Positions 49,278-57,866 of a stretch of 64,000 nt of DNA are shown here, piece after piece; position 1 is the first letter of the stretch; each line of letters starts with the position of its first letter. The position numbers and the translations under genes are program-made. The stretch is from a virus. The stretch lies in the IMG/VR virus record IMGVR_UViG_3300027794_000004, one strand, 5' to 3'. The notes under the pieces were generated by a model. That model was given only the letters and a program-made list of their open reading frames with translations. It was not told where the DNA came from and did not search any database.

Positions 49278-49682
49278 ATGCAGTTAACAGGAATTATCAA
49301 GGTTATAAAACCTATTCAGCAAGTTTCAGTAACTTTCTCTAAAAGAGAATTTGTTATCGAAACAAACGAACAATACGTTCAGACTATTCAATTGGAACTT
49401 CATGGTGATAGAGTAGATATTATCGATTCATTTGTAGAAGGTCAGGAAGTAGAATGCCACATCAATTTAAGAGGAAGAGAATGGGTGAATCCACAAGGAG
49501 AAACTAAATACTTCAACACGATTATTTGTTGGAAAATTCAGTTGCCAAATTTACAATCAGCACCACAATCTCAACAACAACGCTCACCAAGTACTGCTCC
49601 AACAATTCCACCTGTAAATGAACAACAATTTCAGCCGAGTAGTAGCGGAGAAGGAGAGGATGATGATAATTTACCATTCTGA
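49278..49682 (+). CDS. ssb: Single-stranded DNA-binding protein (DUF3127-like)
   Basis: FSKREFVIET...INLRGREW...YFNTIICWKI and acidic DDDNLPF tail. Confidence 0.85.
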   Translation: MQLTGIIKVIKPIQQVSVTFSKREFVIETNEQYVQTIQLELHGDRVDIIDSFVEGQEVECHINLRGREWVNPQGETKYFNTIICWKIQLPNLQSAPQSQQQRSPSTAPTIPPVNEQQFQPSSSGEGEDDDNLPF

Positions 49683-49794
49683 TGTAAAATTTATTGAGTA
49701 AATATTTTTTTATTCAAAAATTTTAACTACTTTTGAATTATAATTAAGCGGTAATTCATTTTACCGCTTTACTTAACCAAAAAATGTAACCAAA

Positions 49795-49959
49795 ATGTCA
49801 AATACTTTATATAAAAATAAGATTAAACAAAAGGGTTTAAAATTAACTTGGGTTGCTCAGCAAATTTCAGTTAGCCGACCTACATTATCAGCTTATTTAT
49901 CTGGTATAAGAACTATGCCTTTTGATGTTGAAGCACGTCTTAAAGAGTTGTTGCGATAA
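49795..49959 (+). CDS. Cro-like HTH protein (54 aa, not in ORF track)
   Basis: MSNTLYKNKIKQKGLKLTWVAQQISVSRPTLSAYLSGIRTMPFDVEARLKELLR. Confidence 0.7.
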   Translation: MSNTLYKNKIKQKGLKLTWVAQQISVSRPTLSAYLSGIRTMPFDVEARLKELLR

Positions 49960-50009
49960 CTCTTTTTGTCTAAAAATTGTAACAAAAATGTTTGCTAAAC
50001 ATAATCAAA

Positions 50010-50168
50010 ATGACAAAAAATTTGACAACATCAGAAAAAGTAAGAGGAAGACCAAGAATTTACACAGAACCTACACGTTCTTTATCGGCACAAGTTCCAG
50101 TATCTCATTACGAAAGATTAAAAACAATCCTTGAGTATGAGTTGGATAAATTGAAAATTAAAAATTAA
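50010..50168 (+). CDS. Small AT-hook/RHH-like protein (52 aa, not in ORF track)
   Basis: MTKNLTTSEKVRGRPRIYTEPTRSLSAQVPVSHYERLKTILEYELDKLKIKN. Confidence 0.55.
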   Translation: MTKNLTTSEKVRGRPRIYTEPTRSLSAQVPVSHYERLKTILEYELDKLKIKN

Positions 50169-50192
50169 ATTTGTTACATTGCATTTTATTAT

Positions 50193-50300
50193 TACATTTG
50201 CAATGTCGAAGCACTACCGACAAGGAAAATATTTAGTCTTATGACTAACCGAGAAACCCTTGATAGATAGTAGTGCATCTGTTAAGGGTTTTCTCATTTA
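50193..50300 (+). ncRNA. Promoter plus kissing-loop leader RNA (copy C)
   Basis: tacatttg; tgtcg-aaGCACTAC-cgaca; ttagtc/gactaa hairpin; GTAGTGC in the loop of gagaaacccttgatagat...atctgttaagggttttctc. Confidence 0.65.
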
Positions 50301-50344
50301 TTAACTTAAAATTTGTTTGTTTTAGTAAACATTCATAGAAGAAT

Positions 50345-50566
50345 ATGTACAATAAAATTTTTAATGGGACAAAAAATTCCATAACACAAGACCATGAAAT
50401 AAAATTATTTGCTAATACTGAAAATGAAATAGAAATAGAAATAAGGGATTATTTTAATGTAGATGTAAATATTTGTTTAGATAAACAAACAGCTATTAAA
50501 CTTCATAGACAATTAAAAAGAAATATTTCTTATTTAAAAGACGGGAAGGAGGATTCTAATGGCTAA
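50345..50566 (+). CDS. Hypothetical protein
   Basis: ICLDKQTAIKLHRQLKRNIS. Confidence 0.6.
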   Translation: MYNKIFNGTKNSITQDHEIKLFANTENEIEIEIRDYFNVDVNICLDKQTAIKLHRQLKRNISYLKDGKEDSNG

Positions 50567-51242
50567 ATTAGGATATACTTGGTACCCTAAAGATTGGGGA
50601 AATTCGGAAAATGTATTTGAATTAAGTCTTAGTGAGCGTGGTTTATATCGAGAATTAATTGATTTAGCAATGTTAAATGACAATAAAACAGAGATTAAAA
50701 TTGATGTTTGGTGTAGAAAATTTGCTGTTTCTTTTGATGAAATTAATCATATAATAGACAGGTTGCTTGTTTTAGGATTGGTTTGTATTAATGATAATAT
50801 TTTATTTATTCCGAGCTGTGAAAGTCGTTTGAATTTAAGTCGTGGAGGTAAAAAAAGCAAGCCAAATATAGAAACAATTTCTAATTTAAAAAATCAAAAT
50901 AAAGAACCTATATCGGAACCTATATCGGAACCTATTACTGAACTATCTTCGGAGCAAATAGAAAGTAAAAAGAAAATAAATAATAAAGATATAGTTGATT
51001 GGGATAAACTTTTAATTCAATTTAATGAGATTACTGGAAAAAAAACAAAAGTCTTAAATAGTAAAACTAAAAATTCCATCATAGCTAGATTAAAAGAAGG
51101 GTATGAAAAAAAAGATTTATTAGTAGCTATTCAAAATTGTTACAAAGACCCATATCATAAAGAAACAAATCATAAGTATTTAACTTTAGAATTTATTAGC
51201 AGACCAGATAAGATGGAAAAATATTCAACAATGAAAATATGA
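50559..51242 (+). CDS. Replication initiator (lambda O/YdaU-like N-terminus, phage-conserved C-terminus)
   Basis: WYPKDW..LSLSERGLYRELID; C-terminal FNEITGK..ARLKEGY..YLTLEFISRPDKMEKY; internal tandem repeats. Confidence 0.7.
   Translation: MAKLGYTWYPKDWGNSENVFELSLSERGLYRELIDLAMLNDNKTEIKIDVWCRKFAVSFDEINHIIDRLLVLGLVCINDNILFIPSCESRLNLSRGGKKSKPNIETISNLKNQNKEPISEPISEPITELSSEQIESKKKINNKDIVDWDKLLIQFNEITGKKTKVLNSKTKNSIIARLKEGYEKKDLLVAIQNCYKDPYHKETNHKYLTLEFISRPDKMEKYSTMKI
50904..50951 (+). repeat. Four 12-bp tandem repeats (candidate origin iterons)
   Basis: gaacctatatcg gaacctatatcg gaacctattact gaactatcttcg inside the initiator gene, A-rich tract downstream. Confidence 0.6.
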
Positions 51243-51757
51243 GAAAAATAAGAAACATACAGCAAGCAATGGAGCATTTAGCTTACAGATTGCAAAATGG
51301 TAAATACGAGCCTAACCAAAAGGATGTAGATGCTTTTAAATTTATAGGTGAATGGATTAATCGTGAAAAAGCTATTGAAATCAGAAATCAGGTTTTGTTT
51401 GGAAAATTATTTTGTCACGTTTTTGCGCAAGAAGTTGAATTTTACAAAGGAAATTTTGATTTAGCTCAAAAGAAAATGCATGAATATTTAAAACATCCAA
51501 TAGAGCATTACTACCAAGATTTTATCTCAAAAGCAAATAAAACGGCTTTAGATGTTTATTCAGATTCTTTAGGATTAAATAAAAAACATCCAAGCACAAG
51601 AACCGAAGAAGAAATTGAAAACGATTCAAAAATTATTTCAGAAAATCAAAAAGAAATGGAAAAATACATAAATGGAATTTTTGAAGATGGAAAAGTTTTT
51701 AAATCTTTAAACAACACAATTAGTGAATTTATTAATGTTTACAAAAACTTACCATAA
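51239..51757 (+). CDS. Hypothetical replication-region protein
   Basis: Coupled between initiator and ATPase. Confidence 0.6.
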   Translation: MRKIRNIQQAMEHLAYRLQNGKYEPNQKDVDAFKFIGEWINREKAIEIRNQVLFGKLFCHVFAQEVEFYKGNFDLAQKKMHEYLKHPIEHYYQDFISKANKTALDVYSDSLGLNKKHPSTRTEEEIENDSKIISENQKEMEKYINGIFEDGKVFKSLNNTISEFINVYKNLP

Positions 51758-52671
51758 TGGCAGAATTTATAATTGACATTCCGGATATTCAACTAAAAAA
51801 AGCAATTGATCCGATTGATTTAGATTTTAAAGAAATTCATTTAAAAGCTCAAATTGATTTAAGAGGAAAACCACAAAGACCACCTTTAGCTATTTCAATT
51901 GGTTATGATGATATTTCTTACAACGGGGAATTTAATCCTTTGATTTTTGGCACTTTTGGTAATATTTCAATGATTAAAGGTGAGGAAAAAGCTAGAAAAT
52001 CTTGGCTAAAATCTTTAATTTTAGCTTGTACAATGGAAGGAAATTCAAATCTTTACTCTTCAGAAATAAAAGGTCACGATTTGAGGGATAAATACATTAT
52101 TGATGTTGATACTGAACAAGATAAATATTACAATTGGCTTTCAGCTAACAGAATACCAAAAATGGTTGGAAGTCCTAAAAATATTGTAGTTCCTGATAAC
52201 TATATATCAATAAATCTAAGAGAGCATTCGGCACAAGTTAGGAGAGAGTATTTAAAGTGGCTTTTTATGGAAAGCGAATACAGAAACAAACTTGGAGTCG
52301 TTTCAATAGATGGTTATGTAGATATGCTTGATAATTTTAATGATTTAGTAGAATGTGTGGAGTTTACACAAGCTTTAATGAGTTATTCAACAATTAGTAA
52401 AAGTCATATAACAGGAATATTACACTTGAATCCAGGTCAAGACAAAGCAAGAGGTCATTTAGGAACTATTCTTCAGCAAAAATGCGAAACTGTTGTAATT
52501 ATTAAAGATACAGGAGATTCATCATTAGTAACTTGCCAAAGAGGTAGAGGTAAAAAATTCAAAGATTTCCATATTAGCGTAAACAATGATTGGTTGCCTT
52601 ATGTGGTAGAGGAAAACTCAATTGAATTTTCAATAAATGATTTACCAAGTGATAGTGATGTTAAATTTTAA
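51757..52671 (+). CDS. RecA-fold/AAA_25-like helicase-type ATPase
   Basis: GNISMIKGEEKARKS (atypical Walker A), DVDTEQ, VSIDG (Walker B), ILHLN...ARGHLG. Confidence 0.7.
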   Translation: MAEFIIDIPDIQLKKAIDPIDLDFKEIHLKAQIDLRGKPQRPPLAISIGYDDISYNGEFNPLIFGTFGNISMIKGEEKARKSWLKSLILACTMEGNSNLYSSEIKGHDLRDKYIIDVDTEQDKYYNWLSANRIPKMVGSPKNIVVPDNYISINLREHSAQVRREYLKWLFMESEYRNKLGVVSIDGYVDMLDNFNDLVECVEFTQALMSYSTISKSHITGILHLNPGQDKARGHLGTILQQKCETVVIIKDTGDSSLVTCQRGRGKKFKDFHISVNNDWLPYVVEENSIEFSINDLPSDSDVKF

Positions 52672-52674
52672 ACA

Positions 52675-52875
52675 ATGAATCCATACCAATTAAACGAAGT
52701 AGTAATCCAAGTTTTTGAAGAAAGTAAAATGAATCAGCGAGAGTTTTCACAAGAATACGAATTAAGTTATTCAAGTTTGAATCATATTTTAACCAAAGAA
52801 AACGTTTGTAGTTTTCGATTTTTGCAGAAACTTTCAAAGAACATGGGTAAAAAATTAACAATAAAATTAGAGTAA
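52675..52875 (+). CDS. XRE-like HTH protein
   Basis: MNQREFSQEYELSYSSLNHIL. Confidence 0.65.
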   Translation: MNPYQLNEVVIQVFEESKMNQREFSQEYELSYSSLNHILTKENVCSFRFLQKLSKNMGKKLTIKLE

Positions 52876-52876
52876 A

Positions 52877-53077
52877 ATGGCATCAAGTAAATACGTTGGG
52901 GTTCACTGGAGAAAAAGTGAGCAAAAGTACAAAGCATCAATAAGCTATCAAGGCAACAAGATAGAGTGTGGTTATGCAGACACAGAACGAGAAGCAGCAA
53001 TACTTCGTGACAGAAAAATTCTTGCTTTAGGATTAGACACAAAAAAATTACAGATTTTAAAAAAAGTAAACAAGTAA
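52877..53077 (+). CDS. Stand-alone AP2-domain protein
   Basis: SSKYVGVHW...KYKASI...GYADTEREAAILRD. Confidence 0.7.
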   Translation: MASSKYVGVHWRKSEQKYKASISYQGNKIECGYADTEREAAILRDRKILALGLDTKKLQILKKVNK

Positions 53078-53286
53078 TGGACTTAGAATTTGAAATCCAA
53101 CTTTTCATTGAAAGTGAACAGAAAAGAAGTGGAAATAAATCAGGAATAAGCCCAACGACTATAATGAGTGAATTTGAAATATCATACAACGATTTAAAAC
53201 AAATTCTGAACACATTACACCAAAACAAAAAGATAATCGTTAGAAAAGGCTTAAATCAATTATTAATTTTTATACCGAATAAATAA
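53077..53286 (+). CDS. Small winged-helix-like protein
   Basis: LKQILNTLHQNKKIIVRKGLN. Confidence 0.5.
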   Translation: MDLEFEIQLFIESEQKRSGNKSGISPTTIMSEFEISYNDLKQILNTLHQNKKIIVRKGLNQLLIFIPNK

Positions 53287-53287
53287 A

Positions 53288-53662
53288 ATGGCAAAAGAAC
53301 AAAAAGAAAAAGACCTACTTGATTTACTAGACATCATAATTCATATGTTTATGTTAGTAGAAAAAATTGAAGGTTTTCAACTTGAAAATCATTACAATAA
53401 AATGCAGATTAAATCTGTTTTGAATAAAGCACTACAAGTTATAACCCCATTAGCTGAAAGGGATTATCAAATTGTTTTTAGGAATGGAGAAAGCGAAACT
53501 TTACAAATAATATCTGAGTATGAAAATTTAATAGCTCAAATTAGAGATTTTAATGTTCCTCAAAAAGTTATTTTAACACAGATGATTCAGGCTTTTAATT
53601 TAGAAAGAGGTGTTATTGAAGCAACAACTCATAGAATTTTAAAAAAACATTCTAAAAAGTAA
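53288..53662 (+). CDS. Hypothetical protein
   Basis: ORF track. Confidence 0.6.
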   Translation: MAKEQKEKDLLDLLDIIIHMFMLVEKIEGFQLENHYNKMQIKSVLNKALQVITPLAERDYQIVFRNGESETLQIISEYENLIAQIRDFNVPQKVILTQMIQAFNLERGVIEATTHRILKKHSKK

Positions 53663-53673
53663 AAATAATTTTA

Positions 53674-53780
53674 TATATTTGCAGAGTAATCTCTCACTTA
53701 CAAGGAAAATATTTAGTCATAACGACTAACCGACAAACCCTAATAGTGTGTGAGAGCCTATTAGGGTTTTGTCATTTTTT
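53674..53780 (+). ncRNA. Promoter plus kissing-loop leader RNA (copy D)
   Basis: tatatttg; gtaa-tCTCTCAC-ttac; shares caaggaaaatatttagtc..gactaaccga with copy C; GTGAGAG in the loop of gacaaaccctaatag...ctattagggttttgtc-atttttt. Confidence 0.65.
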
Positions 53781-53787
53781 AAACACA

Positions 53788-54321
53788 ATGCAACAACAAG
53801 AAATTTTTAAGGACATTCCTGATTATGAAGGAATTTATCAAGTATCTAGTTTAGGGAATGTTAAGAGCTTAAAATTTGGTAAAGAGAAAATATTAACACC
53901 ATGTTTTAATAGTGTTGGTTATTTGACAGTTAATTTATATAAAAATGGAAATATAAAAATGTTTCAGATACATCAGTTAGTTGCAATAACTTTCTTAAAC
54001 CATAAACTTGATGGTACAAATAAAATAGTAGTTGACCATATAAACAACATATCAACAGATAATCGTTTGGAAAATTTACAAGTAATAAGTCGAAGAGAAA
54101 ATCTTTCAAAGGATAAAAAAAACACAACTTCTAAATATACTGGAGTTGTTTGGCATAAAACCAATAAAAAATGGTTGGCTAAAATTACAATAAACGGAAA
54201 ACGTAAACATTTAGGTTGTTTTATTAACGAAATTGATGCTCATGATGCATATCAAAACACTTTAAAATATTTGGATGAAATTAAAATAAAATCTAAAAAT
54301 AGCGATGAATATAAATTATAA
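53788..54321 (+). CDS. NUMOD4-HNH-AP2 homing endonuclease (start probably 53788)
   Basis: MQQQEIFKDIPDYEGIYQVSSLGNVKS; VDHINNISTDNRLENLQ; SKYTGVVW. Confidence 0.9.
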   Translation: MQQQEIFKDIPDYEGIYQVSSLGNVKSLKFGKEKILTPCFNSVGYLTVNLYKNGNIKMFQIHQLVAITFLNHKLDGTNKIVVDHINNISTDNRLENLQVISRRENLSKDKKNTTSKYTGVVWHKTNKKWLAKITINGKRKHLGCFINEIDAHDAYQNTLKYLDEIKIKSKNSDEYKL

Positions 54322-54489
54322 AGGAACTTTTATAGAAGTTAATATAGTAAATGATACTTGTAGTAATTTTGAAATAAAATCAATATATTACAAAGGTGTT
54401 GACGTATTAGAATTGTTAGAATTTGATATAGATTATATTAATGAATTAGTGGTTGAAAAACTATTTTATTAAAACTTTAAAAAAATAAG

Positions 54490-54699
54490 ATGGAAGGAAT
54501 TAAAATAAGAGCTATATTCGTTGGGAAAAACAATAGCATAGGTTTTGAAACAGGAAAAGAATATACGTTAAAGGTTTACAACAACCCTTTTTCAAAAGTA
54601 ACCACAATCAAAACAAAAGAAGGATTGAAGTGCTTGTACTCTTCTGCTCTTGCATTCTTGTTTAATTGGGATAAAATTACTAATTTAGTTGAAAAGTAA
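54490..54699 (+). CDS. Hypothetical protein whose TAA stop forms the left core of array 2
   Basis: ORF track; ends gaaaagTAAc. Confidence 0.6.
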   Translation: MEGIKIRAIFVGKNNSIGFETGKEYTLKVYNNPFSKVTTIKTKEGLKCLYSSALAFLFNWDKITNLVEK

Positions 54700-54920
54700 C
54701 GGTTTGTATAAGGTGTGTAGCGTGTAGATACGCACTTACTTTCGGTTTAAAATACACTTTGTAGACACTACTGAACTTTGGTTAAACACTTGATAGCTAT
54801 ACACTTTATACGGTGTTACCATTAGTACGGTAAAATAAAAACTAAACTTTTTTAATATTCCTTTTGTATTTACAATTTATTTACTATCTTTGACGTATGT
54901 TAAACTTAAAAACAGACAAA

Positions 54921-55070
54921 ATGATTGGAAGTAAAATGATTTATGGTTGTGATTTGGTAGAAGTATGCTCCATAGTAGTAAAAGGAAAAGTTAATGTAAA
55001 AATGTTGCACCCAAACGATAACGGTAAGATAGTACCTGTAAGTGTATCACAGTTGGAAGAGATAAAGTAA
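54921..55070 (+). CDS. Cassette A ORF1, 49 aa (not in track)
   Basis: MIGSKMIYGCDLVEVCSIVVKGKVNVKMLHPNDNGKIVPVSVSQLEEIK; own promoter tatctttg at 54885-92. Confidence 0.55.
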   Translation: MIGSKMIYGCDLVEVCSIVVKGKVNVKMLHPNDNGKIVPVSVSQLEEIK

Positions 55071-55237
55071 TGGCAAAAACTAAAAAAGTAACGGTATCAA
55101 TGACCGAAGAAACTCAAAACATTGCAGAGCAAGATTCACATAAATGGAATTTAAAAACTTCATTTAAAGACAAATCTAATATAAGCGGTTACATAAGCTA
55201 CTTAATCAATAAAGCTCATTTAGAAGCACAGAAGTAG
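55070..55237 (+). CDS. Cassette A ORF2, RHH-like, 55 aa (not in track)
   Basis: MAKTKKVTVSMTEETQNIA...SNISGYISYLINKAH; TAATG coupling. Confidence 0.6.
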   Translation: MAKTKKVTVSMTEETQNIAEQDSHKWNLKTSFKDKSNISGYISYLINKAHLEAQK

Positions 55238-55249
55238 TATTAATGGTAA

Positions 55250-55764
55250 CGTCCCGAGGCTTGGCGATGTGGCAAAAAAGCACACAGAATTATTAATATT
55301 ATTACAAGTGCGTAAGGCACAAACTGAATTATAAATTAAGCCTGATATTGCCATATTGCCAAACGGCTGTTATGCACTGGGCGTGTGGTTAAAGATAAAT
55401 ATTAATTAAAAAACAAAATACTATGATAACTTGTATGATATACATATCGAATGACAATGAAAGTTTGGATGCTAATGTAGGAATAGAAATTAAACTTCCT
55501 TGTTTGCCTAGAATTAAAGACGAATTATTTTTGACTGATGAACAAATATCTGAATTAGAAGAAATGGCAAAAAGCGACTTAAAAATTGCTGAAAATTATT
55601 TCCCTAAATATTTTTACGGAGGAAGTCATTTAGACAAAGAAGTTACAAAAGAAAATATAAATAATCTTTCATTCCAAGACGTACAAAAAGTAAAAAGAGT
55701 TGTGTTCTTTTCTGGTGATGAAGCGATTAATCTTGAGATAGGTAAATTGTAGCCTTGTGCATAA
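55250..55764 (+). mobile_element. Gene cassette B (hairpin 55244-55375)
   Basis: GTTATGCACTGGGC (55369) vs GCCTTGTGCATAAC (55752-65), 12/14. Confidence 0.8.
55423..55752 (+). CDS. Cassette B hypothetical protein
   Basis: ORF track. Confidence 0.65.
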   Translation: MITCMIYISNDNESLDANVGIEIKLPCLPRIKDELFLTDEQISELEEMAKSDLKIAENYFPKYFYGGSHLDKEVTKENINNLSFQDVQKVKRVVFFSGDEAINLEIGKL

Positions 55765-56328
55765 CGTTCGAGTGCTTTGCTTCAGTTGTGCCTAACCACA
55801 AACTACTTTCGGCACAATTGGGCAAAACACTTGTTAAGCACAGGTTTTTAATTTAAAAATTTAGCATGAAAAAAATACACATAAATAACGATGATAATTA
55901 CGCTACACCTCCAAAATTATACGAGGAATTGAACAAGCGTTTTAATTTCGATTTTGATCCTTGCCCTTACAATGAAGGCGAAATCATAAAAGATGGATTA
56001 AAAATTGAATGGGGAAAATCAAATTTTGTAAATCCGCCTTATAGCCAAAAACTGAAAGAGGAATTTATAAAAAAAGGAGTTGAAGAAATGAAAAAAGGAA
56101 AAGTTTGTGTTTTCCTAATTCCAGTATCTACAAGTACAAAATTATTTCACGAATGGATCAAACCAAACGCAACCGAAATTGAATTTGTGAAAGGTAGAAT
56201 TAAGTTTGGAAAGCGTGATGAAAACGGAAATTTCTTTTTGCCTTTAAATGACAAAGGAAAAACACAATCAGGTACAAAAGATAGTATGGTCGTAGTTTTT
56301 GACGGACGTTCTTGAAACTTGTACATAA
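55765..56328 (+). mobile_element. Gene cassette C (hairpin 55759-55839)
   Basis: GTTAAGCACAGGTTT (55833) vs AAACTTGTACATAAC (56315-29), 12/15. Confidence 0.8.
55866..56315 (+). CDS. Phage-type N6-adenine DNA methyltransferase (short Dam family)
   Basis: YATP, FDFDPC, DGLKIEW, FVNPPYS, FLIPVSTST..FH, FVKGRIKF. Confidence 0.85.
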   Translation: MKKIHINNDDNYATPPKLYEELNKRFNFDFDPCPYNEGEIIKDGLKIEWGKSNFVNPPYSQKLKEEFIKKGVEEMKKGKVCVFLIPVSTSTKLFHEWIKPNATEIEFVKGRIKFGKRDENGNFFLPLNDKGKTQSGTKDSMVVVFDGRS

Positions 56329-57233
56329 CGTTTTCGGGCTTGGCGAAGTGGCTGAACCGAAAGCTAAATAGAATTACAAAACTTTAAAATTAAAAACGAA
56401 TGTTAGATAGAATTACAGAACAGCCATTTTGCCAAACCCGTGTTATGTGCAGGGCGGTTGATAACCTTGAACTTCTTTTGTCGCAACCTAATGAAAGTGT
56501 AGATTTAATTTACTGCGATATTCTTTATGGAACTGGTAGAAACTTTGGCGATTACCAAGATTTAAAACCCATTAGAAGCGAAATTGAAAGCCACTACCTA
56601 CCAAGACTTATCGAAATGAAACGAGTACTAAAAAAAAACGGTTCTATTTATTTGCAAATGGACACAAGGATAAACCATTGGATGCGAATTTTAATGGATG
56701 ACGTTTTTGGATATAAAAACTTTAAAAACGAACTTGTATGGGTTTATCGAAGTGCTGGATTTAGCAAAACTAAATGGAGCGAAAAACACGATGTCATTTT
56801 ATTATATTCAAAAAGCAAAGAATTTAAGTTTAACCTTGAAGAAGTAAGAGAAACGGATATAACAGAAAGCACTTATAAAAGATTTAAAAAGGATATTGAT
56901 GCAACTGGTAAAATACCAAATTTAAAAAATGGTAAAATGTATTATGTTAGTCCTTATTCTCCACCGAAAGATTGGCTAAACATAAACACATTACCACAAG
57001 CACATTCTGAAAGAAATGGTTATCCAACTCAAAAACCAAAGGCATTAATTGAACGACTTATTAAAGCAAGTTCAAACGAAGGAGATACCGTTGCTGATTA
57101 CTATTTGGGTTCGGGAACAACCGCAGTAGTTTGCAAAGAATTGAACCGAAATTTTATAGGTTGCGACATTAATCCAAAAGCTATTGAAATTACAAATGCT
57201 CGTTTAGATGCAGTTTCGTAGCCTTGCACATAA
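56329..57233 (+). mobile_element. Gene cassette D (hairpin 56323-56448)
   Basis: GTTATGTGCAGGGC (56442) vs GCCTTGCACATAAC (57221-34), 13/14. Confidence 0.85.
56400..57221 (+). CDS. N4-C/N6-A DNA methyltransferase (beta class), start in hairpin loop
   Basis: SVDLIYCDILY (atypical motif IV), YPTQKP..LIERLI, DYYLGSGTT, FIGCDIN. Confidence 0.85.
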   Translation: MLDRITEQPFCQTRVMCRAVDNLELLLSQPNESVDLIYCDILYGTGRNFGDYQDLKPIRSEIESHYLPRLIEMKRVLKKNGSIYLQMDTRINHWMRILMDDVFGYKNFKNELVWVYRSAGFSKTKWSEKHDVILLYSKSKEFKFNLEEVRETDITESTYKRFKKDIDATGKIPNLKNGKMYYVSPYSPPKDWLNINTLPQAHSERNGYPTQKPKALIERLIKASSNEGDTVADYYLGSGTTAVVCKELNRNFIGCDINPKAIEITNARLDAVS

Positions 57234-57387
57234 CGTTTTGCGGCTTAAAAATGTGGCGAAAATGCAACACCAAGCCTTCACAAATATAGCCAAAACTTTA
57301 AATTTAAAAAATATGTTTCAAGATACATCCTAAACCAAGCCATATTTTTAAACCGCTGTTAGCCGTTCGGTTTTTAAACTAAATTTT

Positions 57388-57567
57388 ATGGACAATTTTT
57401 TTATGATTTACGTTGAAGGTAAAAATATGCCTTACAAAAGATTTGAAACTCTTGAAGAAGCGGAAACAGAAGCCGAAAGACTTTGCGAAAAAGAAAAAAG
57501 TAAAACATTTATTCTAAAAGCAATTGAAAAGTTTGAGTTAAAAAACATTGAAAAAACAATACTATGA
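57388..57567 (+). CDS. Cassette E ORF1, 59 aa (not in track)
   Basis: MDNFFMIYVEGKNMPYKRFETLEEAETEAERLCEKEKSKTFILKAI... Confidence 0.65.
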   Translation: MDNFFMIYVEGKNMPYKRFETLEEAETEAERLCEKEKSKTFILKAIEKFELKNIEKTIL

Positions 57568-57866
57568 TTTCAGGAAAAGCAAAAGAATTATTTTTAAAGT
57601 GGTTTAGAGAAGAAAAACAACTTACAGGTTTTGACGATAAACCAATATTGACTAAAATTTTTGCATTATCTGAATGGCTAAAATTAAATGGTTATTCAAT
57701 TTCTACAAAATCTAATTATTACAATTCAGATTATTCTGCTACAATTTCATTTAACGAAGGCGACATTGAAACACACGGACACGAAAGTTTAGAGAAAGCA
57801 TTGTTAAAAGCTGTTGATATTGGAATATTTGAATTTAACAACAGATTTTCTGAAACTGACGGCTAA
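57564..57866 (+). CDS. Cassette E ORF2 hypothetical
   Basis: ORF track; stop TAA is the core TAAC. Confidence 0.65.
   Translation: MISGKAKELFLKWFREEKQLTGFDDKPILTKIFALSEWLKLNGYSISTKSNYYNSDYSATISFNEGDIETHGHESLEKALLKAVDIGIFEFNNRFSETDG

Larger units (their letters stand above)
54700..55249 (+). mobile_element. Gene cassette A (hairpin 54694-54821)
   Basis: GTTACCATTAGTAC (54815) vs GTATTAATGGTAAC (55237-50), 13/14 complementary. Confidence 0.8.
57234..57866 (+). mobile_element. Gene cassette E (hairpin 57228-57364), two ORFs
   Basis: GTTAGCCGTTCGGTTT (57358) vs AAACTGACGGCTAAC (57853-67). Confidence 0.8.
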
